From the NCBI GenBank assembly GCA_048128005.1, contig JBEUKZ010000068.1, positions 248,001 to 312,000 of the forward strand: DNA of 64,000 nt, read 5' to 3'. This DNA comes from Veleropilina oligotropha. Its lineage: Eukaryota. The position numbers were made by a program, and so were the translations under genes. The notes under the pieces are model-generated. The model searched no databases. It was not told the origin of the DNA and saw nothing but the letters and a program-made list of their open reading frames with translations. Shown here one piece after another: positions 10,116 through 19,072 of the stretch; the first letter of the stretch is position 1; every line of letters starts with the position of its first letter.

Positions 10116-10767
10116 ATTGGCAGTGCTTAGCCGTGGTCAACGCTGCGGTCAGCGGTGCGAGGTACATGCCATATTTATAATACAGCTCACAGCTTGCAGT
10201 GGTCAGGGCATGTGAGATGAACGGGTCGGCCTCCAGGTCGGCGATCAGTCGTAGCTGGTTTGCTGGTGGAATGGGCAGGAACATCCCAGCTGCCCCCGCG
10301 TAGAGATGAATAGCTGAAGTCCCCAGAGTCTTCGTCACATCGGCACCGAGTTTCGCTTCATACCTCGCGTGGTGCTTTTCGACCTCGTCGTCAGTCATGT
10401 CGTCTATCCGGTCCACTGTGAGGTTACGCCCCATGTATCGGTGGGCCTGTCCTCCAACGGCTAAGGCTGCAAGCCTCTCACGCTTTGCCGCGCAAACGGA
10501 ACTTGCGACTCCACTGTTACTGACAGGTTCCTTGCCATCGGGAGTCAAGCGACAGCTGTTGATGGTCGTTTCTTGTTCGTCATCCATGAGTTGATCGATG
10601 AGGCTGTCCATCCTGAAGCGTTTCCAGCATCGCCTCACCGGTCTAATATAACTGTAAATCCAATACCACAATGTAGCGAGTAGGAGCAAGATCAGGCTCT
10701 GGCTGAAAGCAAAAGCTAGATATACAGCGTCCGACATGCGAGAGCTTGCTGGGCAGCTACTTAGCAT
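9985..10767 (-). CDS. Hypothetical viral protein
   Basis: 260-aa ORF in the minus-strand block; N-terminal hydrophobic stretch; start uncertain. Confidence 0.6.
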   Translation of the reverse strand: MLSSCPASSRMSDAVYLAFAFSQSLILLLLATLWYWIYSYIRPVRRCWKRFRMDSLIDQLMDDEQETTINSCRLTPDGKEPVSNSGVASSVCAAKRERLAALAVGGQAHRYMGRNLTVDRIDDMTDDEVEKHHARYEAKLGADVTKTLGTSAIHLYAGAAGMFLPIPPANQLRLIADLEADPFISHALTTASCELYYKYGMYLAPLTAALTTAKHCQFGHVCPPKIPERGRDQDDNAGSGPSDREPADREGDFFDGLISE

Positions 10768-10778
10768 CTGCTGGGTAG

Positions 10779-11411
10779 CTATAGCACACTATAAGCAACG
10801 GGCTGATCAGTTTTCAACAGAAGCTTAGCGTGTCGTGTCTCGGCCAACAGCCGGCGAACCTCGGTCCGTTCATCCTGCGACGGGATTACATCGTTCTCGC
10901 GCAGACAGTCCTCGAAACTGTCGCGGTCCTTGCAATGGAACAGCGCGACCCAGCGGGTCTGCTCTCTGAGCTCCTTCAAGACCGAGTTGTACTTTTGCGT
11001 CACTACCCATACGCTCTGGGAAGCATGCCTGCCGCTGAAGGCCAACAAAGTCAGCATGTCCCGTTTTTTTGCCATAGCTTTGCTGGCGGCGCAGTCGTCG
11101 ATTATGTACAGAGTCGACTCCCCCTGAAACAGCCGGTAGAACCCCCGCAGCCAGTCATGGAGTCGCTCACCCGTGGGGACTAAATACACCTCAGGGTCGG
11201 TCCAGATCCACGGACAAGACTGGTATGCCTTGTTGAACTTGATCGTGGGGCAGAGGATCACGATATGCCGGAAGACGCCTCGATACTCCCCTTCCAGCAG
11301 TTCAAGCATGAAAACCGTCTTCCCACAACCGGTCTGGCCGCAGATGATTGCGGAGTGGGGGTCCTTGGTGTGCGGAAATCGTTTAGTACAGTGCTTCGAC
11401 GAATCGGCCAT
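10779..11411 (-). CDS. A32/FtsK-HerA-like genome packaging ATPase
   Basis: Walker A GQTGCGKT, Walker B YIIDD, SGRH followed by VWVVTQ. Confidence 0.92.
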   Translation of the reverse strand: MADSSKHCTKRFPHTKDPHSAIICGQTGCGKTVFMLELLEGEYRGVFRHIVILCPTIKFNKAYQSCPWIWTDPEVYLVPTGERLHDWLRGFYRLFQGESTLYIIDDCAASKAMAKKRDMLTLLAFSGRHASQSVWVVTQKYNSVLKELREQTRWVALFHCKDRDSFEDCLRENDVIPSQDERTEVRRLLAETRHAKLLLKTDQPVAYSVL

Positions 11412-12684
11412 TCTCGATATTCAGCTGTGCGTCCATGATCACGAACTCGTAGACGTTCAGTGGACCGGCCGCTTCGGCTGTTTTAGTGATCTGAATAGTA
11501 ATGCCTTCGCTGGCGTTCTCGACCCTCCGGCCTGACCCGTGCAACTGATCGTCGTCAGTTACCCGCATATCGATCCAGAGCGCAAATTTCTTAGTCAGAA
11601 ATTCGCCCAGGGTGACGTCTGCCATCTCCAAGTCCTTTGCGACCATCGCGACCTCAGGATGCCGCTTGCTGCTGCCGGAGGCGAACATTTTCTTGGCTTC
11701 TTCCCAGATCTGGTATGTTCGCATGCCCTGGCTGTAGATTTGATTCGGGACACCCTCGATTGTGACCTCGACCTTTGTGATCTTCGGATTATAGAAGGCC
11801 TCAGTATCGCAAGAGAATGGCGCGGCGTCTCTCGCAGGGTCCTCGAACAACAGTAGTATTCCTTTCATCGACCTCGCCGGTACGTTCACATTCATATTCC
11901 ACAACGAGTCGCTCTTGTCTAGGGTGAGCTTCCGATGCCGGAGAACACGGTCGTACAGGATTACGAGTTGACCCTGGTATTGATTTCGAATCCGTCTGGC
12001 AAGCTCGGATTGGGTTACCATGTCATATTCGAGGGATATATTGTCGATGGAATAGCTGGAACCGGAGTCGTCCGTATCCCGGATAGTCCGGGAGTAGTCG
12101 TTGAACGTTAGCTCATACTCGAGACGGTCTCCAAGGGCGCTTTGATAGAATGGCATGTGACTTTCCAACAGCTCGAAATCCAGCGGGATGCGGAATCGGT
12201 TACCGTACGCGGCCGCGACCGCGACATCCTCAGACAGTCTGAAGGGGTCTACCGCACCAACACGATGCTTCGTAGTGTTGTGTCCATCGCTGGTATCAAT
12301 CCCCTGGTACTGGGCGTTCTTGCACTCCCCGGTGGTCTTCCAGAGATCGCAGTAGCAGTGGTACACGTCGGAGTCGTCAATCGACATGATCTCGTTTCCA
12401 CTTATCTTTATCGTGGTCTTTCTGATCACGGCACGGCCGATATTTTGCACTACAGTCCTATTCGCATTTACCGAGGTCAGAGAGATGGTAAATGCGAGGT
12501 GGGCAGTCCCTGGAACGATCACGTCATTCGCCCCGAGATTAGGGAATCGAACCAGGAGCTGCTGGTTGGCGGAAATCGTTGATGGATTGTTTGTAATCGT
12601 GACCGACTGGCGGATGCCCTTGACCGCGAGGGGCTCACGCAGTCTGCGGTATGGATTAAGCTTGCGTCCGTATACGCTGGTCAT
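11383..12684 (-). CDS. Probable double jelly-roll major capsid protein
   Basis: ~433 aa from ATG 12684; beta-rich; GRAVIRKTTIKISGNEIMSID and ITKVEVTIEG patterns typical of Polinton/PLV MCP; adjacent to the ATPase. Confidence 0.75.
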   Translation of the reverse strand: MTSVYGRKLNPYRRLREPLAVKGIRQSVTITNNPSTISANQQLLVRFPNLGANDVIVPGTAHLAFTISLTSVNANRTVVQNIGRAVIRKTTIKISGNEIMSIDDSDVYHCYCDLWKTTGECKNAQYQGIDTSDGHNTTKHRVGAVDPFRLSEDVAVAAAYGNRFRIPLDFELLESHMPFYQSALGDRLEYELTFNDYSRTIRDTDDSGSSYSIDNISLEYDMVTQSELARRIRNQYQGQLVILYDRVLRHRKLTLDKSDSLWNMNVNVPARSMKGILLLFEDPARDAAPFSCDTEAFYNPKITKVEVTIEGVPNQIYSQGMRTYQIWEEAKKMFASGSSKRHPEVAMVAKDLEMADVTLGEFLTKKFALWIDMRVTDDDQLHGSGRRVENASEGITIQITKTAEAAGPLNVYEFVIMDAQLNIENGRFVEALY

Positions 12685-12720
12685 GGCGGAATTAGATGCG
12701 TATCCCACTGATGTATTCAA

Positions 12721-14035
12721 ATGGCGGAATTCGAGAACCCCACATTCGAGCCTGACGATCTCATCGACAACGATGATACCATCATCGACGATACTGATGT
12801 GGATCTATCCACCGACCGGTTTATGCCTGTTCTTTCGGAACGGCCACAGGAAGGAACCAGCAGTCTTCAGCAAGAGCTCGTTCAGGGCGTAGTTGACGAC
12901 TACTACAAAGCCCTGGCACAGGAGGGGCAGACCCCCGTGGCAGGGCGAGATTATTCAAAATTCAAGTATGTGAGGGGAAAATTAGGGAGGGGGGGGAAAT
13001 TGGTGATGACGGACTACCCCGACATCAATCTCATAAATTCTCGCACCGGCAACCCCTTGGCGTTGTCAACAATAGCTGGCCGGCCTGGTGGGGGTGATGC
13101 AATCCGTGAAGGGTTGGGGTTTGTACACTGGACGCGGGGGGGACAAAAGCCGTCCTCAAAAGCGGTTGCAGCTCTTCAGACAGCCGACAACGAGTTGAGC
13201 GGTGCGGCCGCTAATGTCGAAAACGTAGAACTGCGGGACTTGGGGCAGACTGCTACTGATGCCTCGGTAGCAATCCACACGATGGAGACGAAATTCACTG
13301 ATACCGAGGTTGAAGAGATCTTAGGCACAATGGGGGACCCTCCATTAAATCTTCGCGAGCTTCGCGGACTTGACAAGGCGATGCAGACCATCCGAGGCGA
13401 ACTAACCAACAATCTAGCCAAACTAACGGCGCTGGACGAACACATAGAGCTGGAGAAGATGAAGCTCGATCAGGCAGATGAAGAGGGCGGTGTGGATGAG
13501 TTCATCCGTCGACGGATCGCGGAACGTCTGCGCGACCTGAATGATGAAAGAGCAGCTCGCCTAGAGGCAGCATCATCAAGCCGGGAGGCCCTTCGCTCTC
13601 AAATCAGCCAGATCCGAGAGATGATAAGTCGGATCCTGAACACCGACACAACGCTGGCCGAGCGTATCCGGACCCTGTTCCGCGAGCAAGGGGTTACGAT
13701 CGCAACAATACTGACCGCTATCGGGCTCGCCATCTCGACTTTGGTACTAGCCCTGACAGGTGGAGCAACAAGCCCGCCAACGCCACCACCACCTCCCAGT
13801 GGTCAGGGGGGGGGTCAAGGAGTGGGTCAAAAAGCAGCTGCAGAACTTGGGAAGGATTCTAGGCAAACTAGCAGGGAAGGCCGCAGCCGCGCTCCCAGGA
13901 ATACTTGGAAGCCTGGTCTCCTGGCTAATCAACCTGATTGGCAAGACAGCATTGTGGCTCGCTGAAAACCTATGGGCACTGGTCATATCAGTTGGGGGCT
14001 TGCTTCTTATTGCCGCTAGACAGTGGGTCACGTAA
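12721..14035 (+). CDS. Coiled-coil membrane protein with a +1 frameshift in a G9 run (13806-13814)
   Basis: Long coiled coil, TM segment and poly-Pro. Removing one G gives PSGQGGVKEWVKKQLQNLG...LWALVISVGGLLLIAARQWVT ending at 14035. Confidence 0.75.
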
Positions 14036-15323
14036 GCCAAATGAACGCTAGGCCAACGACAATGCCGCCCACGATAAGTGCGGTTTTATCCTCGTCATGT
14101 TTGGTTGCCCCAGCTGAAACAGCTGCCACTGGGGCCACAGCCGGCAGAGAGCCACGATGCTTCGGAGTGACCGCATCTGCGGGTAAGACGGCGTCTTGTG
14201 GGATGACCAATCCTGTTTCTCCAGTCTCCCCAGTGGCGTTGAGCGGCACAGGATTGGCCGCGTTCACCGTAGTATTAAGACCTAGGGTCTGGGCTTCCGT
14301 GGCAACGACGATTTCGTTGTTATACCCAGCCACCTGCCCGATCCGAAGGAGCATGTCACTTGGCGCCATGTAAAGGCCGACGCCGAATACGAAGTCTACT
14401 TTAGACCTGGCATACTGCAAAACGTCCTGGTACCGTTGGATCGCAGCAGGGAGGTCAACGGGGGATGCGATGGCGTCTTCCACGTTCGCCAGGAACTGTT
14501 TCTGTGCGTCAAATGCCGTCCCACTACCCAGAATACTTGCACGCGTTTGAGCCTGCGCTCCAAGAATAGCCCAGACGTAGGTCCTGATGGAATCATTGAG
14601 CCTTTCCACGCCGGCCCTCGTGAATCCCACCGACCTGTCCAGAATAAAAGTAGCCCAACCGTTTTTAAGCGCAGGCGCTTGCGCGATGTAGTCCACGTGC
14701 AGATTCGTGTTGGTCGTACCTTTGGTGAAGGACATTCGGCTTGGATCATACTCACGTCCGATGGGGTGGTAGCCGTTGTTCGTCCAGTAGCTGTAAGCGG
14801 TGCCTAGTCCGCCGTTGGGACCCTTGACACGCCAGTCGGTATGTGGGGACACTCCGAATTCGCTGCAGATCTTTTCATATGCCCTTCGGTCATACGGGGT
14901 GTCGAATGCATCCCACGTCCGGTCTTGTGGCAGCATCGCCTGAATCTCGGTCAAGATCCTTCTGACCTGATAGTAGACGTGGAAGGTGAATACAGCAGTG
15001 GAGAGGGGGGCTGCAGTAGCATTCAAGTGGTCTTCTGAGGAGATCCCGGAACCTGTTGTGGCACACCATACTGCGAAGTTGACCTTGTTCTGCCAGAACC
15101 GCATCGGTGTGCTGTGCCAAGCCCTTATCAGCCCGTCACTAGCGACGTGAGGGAGGCGATACTTTTGAAATACGTCGGGGTAGTCTGCCCCGAATGCAGT
15201 GGTTGAGCTATTACCCACATTGATGCTTGGTCTCGTAAGCTGCTCATCTTTGATCTTTGCTGGGTACACCACACCGGTCGGATAGGCCGCACTCCTATTG
15301 AACACAAATGCGCTCTTAGCCAT
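14028..15323 (-). CDS. Uncharacterised viral protein with C-terminal TM anchor
   Basis: ~431 aa from ATG 15323. A related copy at 55606-55704 differs mostly at synonymous sites, which supports coding. Confidence 0.8.
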   Translation of the reverse strand: MAKSAFVFNRSAAYPTGVVYPAKIKDEQLTRPSINVGNSSTTAFGADYPDVFQKYRLPHVASDGLIRAWHSTPMRFWQNKVNFAVWCATTGSGISSEDHLNATAAPLSTAVFTFHVYYQVRRILTEIQAMLPQDRTWDAFDTPYDRRAYEKICSEFGVSPHTDWRVKGPNGGLGTAYSYWTNNGYHPIGREYDPSRMSFTKGTTNTNLHVDYIAQAPALKNGWATFILDRSVGFTRAGVERLNDSIRTYVWAILGAQAQTRASILGSGTAFDAQKQFLANVEDAIASPVDLPAAIQRYQDVLQYARSKVDFVFGVGLYMAPSDMLLRIGQVAGYNNEIVVATEAQTLGLNTTVNAANPVPLNATGETGETGLVIPQDAVLPADAVTPKHRGSLPAVAPVAAVSAGATKHDEDKTALIVGGIVVGLAFIWLT

Positions 15324-15330
15324 AGCTACT

Positions 15331-16071
15331 ATGTTCCACACATTAACAAACGTTCAAGAGGGGACCGCGGTTGCCCTCCTGGAGCCGATTTATAACCGGG
15401 ACGGCAAGCTATGTGTCAGCTTGCAGTCGCTCGACTATTGGGTAGGCTGGCACAACGTGCATACCGGAGCCTTCTTTAAGACCCCCGATACCACGGTCGA
15501 TGTGGCACCAGGTTTCTACAGCTTCGATGACCTCGCCAAGACGATGAAGAGGTCGCTAGTTAACCTACAACTAGATGTAAGCCATGCTACAGGGCTCGCC
15601 CGAATCGTGGTCCCAGAGGGGACTCGACTCGCGATAAGCAACGATATACGAAAACTCCTCGGCTTAGACCTCTCTTCGTTTATTCTCGATAAAGCAGGGA
15701 ATCTGAACCAACCGGTTCGGGGAGTACAGGGCCAACCACCTCCCCCTCCGGAGAGATCCGAGTGGCTACGCCCTGGGACTTATGACGGGAATAAGCCTGT
15801 CGGGTTTGCCATAGCGCCAACCCTGCACGTCCACCTGGAGCAGCTTAGTACAACGCACAATGTGAAGGACGGCGCCCCGAGCACTATTCTCGCGGTGGTC
15901 CCTATCACGTCGCAGATGTTCGGTGAAGCTGGCCACTATCATAGCTATCCCGCCGGCCGGCGACTACAGGCCGGGCTAATCACAGAGTTGAAGGTGTACG
16001 TCACAGACGCAGATGGTAACCTGCTAGACAATCACGGCATGCCCATTACCGCAGTCCTTGCAATACAATGA
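15331..16071 (+). CDS. Probable minor capsid (penton, single jelly-roll) protein
   Basis: VAPGFYSFDDL, TILAVVPI and C-terminal ITELKVYVTDADGNLLDNHGMPITAVLAI resemble Polinton/PLV minor capsid proteins. Confidence 0.72.
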   Translation: MFHTLTNVQEGTAVALLEPIYNRDGKLCVSLQSLDYWVGWHNVHTGAFFKTPDTTVDVAPGFYSFDDLAKTMKRSLVNLQLDVSHATGLARIVVPEGTRLAISNDIRKLLGLDLSSFILDKAGNLNQPVRGVQGQPPPPPERSEWLRPGTYDGNKPVGFAIAPTLHVHLEQLSTTHNVKDGAPSTILAVVPITSQMFGEAGHYHSYPAGRRLQAGLITELKVYVTDADGNLLDNHGMPITAVLAIQ

Positions 16072-16430
16072 GCAGCATCTACGGGACCCTCCCCCTACCC
16101 CTGCTTGCAGATGAGCCCTCTTCCCCCCCGACCCGGTGGCACTTCATTCTTAATTGTGGGGAAGCGCCCAATAAGGGGCTGGCGAGGAGGGAGTTCATGT
16201 TTCCAAACACTAGAGGTCGGTTCGGGTTGAACCCAGCCCTTCTAATGATCCACCTGACGCCGGTCCAGCCGGCCGGGGGCCCCAAAGCATGTTCCATCAG
16301 TAAGCTTGGCCTGAATTCGGACTGGTTGACCCTCGCCTTTGCCATCAAGGCCCCGTGGGTCGGCACTCTGTATTTGAACGTTACGGCAGACAAGGGAAAT
16401 CAACCGGCGGAACAATACAACCACGTATAG
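16068..16430 (+). CDS. Hypothetical protein
   Basis: 120 aa; ATGA overlap with the upstream stop and TAG-ATG abutment downstream. Confidence 0.6.
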   Translation: MSSIYGTLPLPLLADEPSSPPTRWHFILNCGEAPNKGLARREFMFPNTRGRFGLNPALLMIHLTPVQPAGGPKACSISKLGLNSDWLTLAFAIKAPWVGTLYLNVTADKGNQPAEQYNHV

Positions 16431-17063
16431 ATGGACAACACACCCTCAGCGCCAATGCTGTACCCACAGCTTGGTGGCGATGGGATTTCGGAACTGCATG
16501 AGGCACAGTCTTTCCGACTACAGAAAGTGAATGAGCTTCAGGGACAATTAGAACGAGAGAGGGACACAAGAGCTGCACTATATAAAAAGTACCGACGAGG
16601 TGTTAACGTCGTTGACGGTATAGATAACGGACTAGTCGTCGCCACACTTGGTATGGGTAGCGCTGGAATTGGTCTACTGTCCACAATTGTAGCCGCCCCG
16701 GTCGTCCTAGTGCTGGAATTAGCGGCATTAGGGTGTGGGCTCGCCAGTATGGGTGGGAAATATATCAGCCGGCGCCTCGGGGTGAAGGCTAAGAAACACG
16801 ACGAGATTCGAGTCCTGGCCGACAGCAAGCTGAATACCATAACCGACCACGTCTCAAAGGCATTATCGGACGGGGTGATGTCTGATGATGAATTCCAACT
16901 GGTCACAGGGGAGATGGAGAAATACCAAGCCATGAAGGCATCAATCCGGGATAAGAGTAGGAAGGCGCACACCGCGATTTCACAGACCCAAAGCGAGCTT
17001 ATTGAGCGAGGTCGTTTAGAGGGTCGCGCAGAGCTGCTGAAAAAAATCGGAGCTGGCGACTAA
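16431..17063 (+). CDS. Coiled-coil protein with a central hydrophobic hairpin
   Basis: 210 aa; GLVVATLGMGSAGIGLLSTIVAAPVVLVLELAALGCGLA flanked by helices. Confidence 0.75.
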   Translation: MDNTPSAPMLYPQLGGDGISELHEAQSFRLQKVNELQGQLERERDTRAALYKKYRRGVNVVDGIDNGLVVATLGMGSAGIGLLSTIVAAPVVLVLELAALGCGLASMGGKYISRRLGVKAKKHDEIRVLADSKLNTITDHVSKALSDGVMSDDEFQLVTGEMEKYQAMKASIRDKSRKAHTAISQTQSELIERGRLEGRAELLKKIGAGD

Positions 17064-17145
17064 CTATCCAGGTTGAGCGTAGCCACGACTACCCCGCTCC
17101 TCCCCCGTATTAAAGCTAGAAATCGACAGTGATATCTGGACAACC

Positions 17146-17577
17146 ATGAAATCCATGAAATCTATGCTACTGTGCATTGTCGCGGTGTGCTGGCTAGGGG
17201 GTGTTTCTACCCAGGCGTCGACACACAACACTGCATTAATTCTGGAACATACATGGGCAAGGTACCGAAATCATCCCAGGTATAACGCCCGATTTGACCC
17301 CTTACGTAGAAACTTGCTTCTTCGCCCGGGTAGAGACCCCACCCCTGATGTCTCCCCACCCTCGTGCCACTATTTTATTATCGGAGAAAATGACTGTAGC
17401 CCTGCCACACCCCGAGATACTGTCACATGTGTCCAGTGTTCGACCCCCTCGTTATGTCCTGGCAAAAATGGGGAGTATTACACCATGGTGTCTGGCTGCT
17501 TCGGTATGTGGAGAAAAGTCGGACACATCTCACCCTGTAATTGCACTTTAATATCGGGCAACTATATATTCATATAA
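17146..17577 (+). CDS. Secreted Cys-rich protein, possibly cystine-knot (IL-17/PTTH/Trunk-like)
   Basis: Signal peptide MKSMLLCIVAVCWLGGVSTQA; 8 Cys in the C-terminal half ending CNC. Confidence 0.6.
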   Translation: MKSMKSMLLCIVAVCWLGGVSTQASTHNTALILEHTWARYRNHPRYNARFDPLRRNLLLRPGRDPTPDVSPPSCHYFIIGENDCSPATPRDTVTCVQCSTPSLCPGKNGEYYTMVSGCFGMWRKVGHISPCNCTLISGNYIFI

Positions 17578-18325
17578 AACAGCTGCTTGGGAAATGTCTT
17601 GCCTTGCCTTACACTATTTTCAGGCCACAGCTGTTTATATAAATGCCCATTAGGCCGTCTACTAACTCTGACACCCTCTCGCGATATTCACATAATTTTT
17701 AGGATTTCAGTGTATTATATATTACATAATAAATAATTCATTGGCAAAAATAGATCAGTATATAATAATTATAAAATGTCATATATTTTTATTTGTGTTT
17801 GGTAATTTCTTTTATATATTCATTTTTGTATCCGACTTGTTGTAAAATGTCGTCGTAATGTTAGAATCTAAGAAAATCGAGGAATGTTTCATTAAAATAT
17901 TAATACTACGTATAGTAGTCCCAGGTTTCACTGCGGGCAAAAGTTGACACCAACCTATACTGTCAAGTCATTACCGTTGGTATGGTATTATATAACCCAA
18001 TTTATAAACAATTTAAATGGGTGGGTACGTTTTTATAAACACAAAATCATGTCACGACGATTATCTTTAATGAAAACACATGCCAAAGTCGTTTCATTCA
18101 TGCCGATTTATGAATGACACCAGTCGTTAAAAGCGTGCGTCACTGGCGTTCAGCCGTCTACTGCTGTCGCCGACCCAGAAAAAAAAGATTGACCCAGTGA
18201 AAAATATCTGACCTAGAAATAAATATTTTGTCCAGAAACGGGTCATCGCTCCAGTTAAAATGTTTTGGTCCACTTGTTTACATCTGGACAGTTTATTCTC
18301 TAAATGGAAATTCTACAGGTAACAA

Positions 18326-18430
18326 TGAGTCAGCCATGTGTCACATTGCCACGTGTACATTGCCACGTGTACACTGCCACGTGTACATTGCCACGTGTCA
18401 CAATGAGTCAGAAATAAAGGGTTATATAAG
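18326..18430 (+). promoter_or_regulatory. Pol II promoter/enhancer: AP-1, 4x E-box, AP-1, TATA
   Basis: TGAGTCA at 18326 and 18404; CACGTG at 18350, 18364, 18378, 18392 (14-bp period); TATATAAG at 18423. Confidence 0.7.
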
Positions 18431-18458
18431 GACAACATGAGAGCACACAACGACATTG

Positions 18459-18746
18459 ATGGATACACTATCAACAGCAATGTCTGGTTTGGTGATGTCA
18501 CGAAAGCGTACTTTTGTTGAGTCATTTCTCGATAAACAAGCAACCGAGTCTCGTGGGGTATCGAAGAAATCCACGAGACTCGAACTGGCTAGAGCCAAAA
18601 ATCGAAGGGACACTGCGCACCAAAATATGGTAAAAACTGAAGAGAGGATAACGAAGATGATGGAGAGACTACGAGAACAAGAAGCTTCCTATGAGGCCTC
18701 CAAAGATGATATCCGTAGATTACAAGTCCTTCTGGAGGGGGATTAG
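18459..18746 (+). CDS. Small basic coiled-coil protein
   Basis: 95 aa just after the TATA box; basic patch followed by an amphipathic helix. Confidence 0.5.
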   Translation: MDTLSTAMSGLVMSRKRTFVESFLDKQATESRGVSKKSTRLELARAKNRRDTAHQNMVKTEERITKMMERLREQEASYEASKDDIRRLQVLLEGD

Positions 18747-18761
18747 TGATATTCATTTTCG

Positions 18762-18912
18762 GCACCTCTCAGGCCTATAGTGTCCAGCTGCGGGAGCATA
18801 ACATACAACGCCGCCCGATACATTACAGACATCATCGGTCCGCTTGAGGGGAAGACAAAATACAGCGTCTCAAAGACCTCGTCGTTCCACCCGGACAGAA
18901 GCTCGTCTCCTC
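18762..18912 (+). pseudogene. Penelope-like reverse transcriptase fragment
   Basis: Translates APLRPIVSSCGSITYNAARYITDIIGPLEGKTKYSV, then in a shifted frame LKDLVVPPDRKLVS. Confidence 0.75.
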
Positions 18913-19015
18913 CAGTCTCATGACGGTGAATTAGCTACTTTTTTCCTGTTATACGGCGAACTATCACGTCTAGGCATCCGACCGACAAGGTCGGAAGCCA
19001 TTAATGCCTACCAGG

Positions 19016-19055
19016 TATTCTGATGAGGCCTTATAGGCCGAAATGGCCATAGGTA
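19016..19055 (+). ncRNA. Minimal type I hammerhead ribozyme (Penelope-type)
   Basis: CTGATGA-GGCCT-tat-AGGCC-GAA-ATGGCCAT-A; palindromic stem III; AUA cleavage triplet; weak stem I (tatt/ggta). Confidence 0.7.
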
Positions 19056-19072
19056 AGTGTTTTAATTTAACC

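Noticed and set aside
3785..16972. Many short ORFs antisense or out of frame to the viral genes
   Set aside because: Expected shadows of GC-rich coding sequence; no motifs; many use non-ATG starts.
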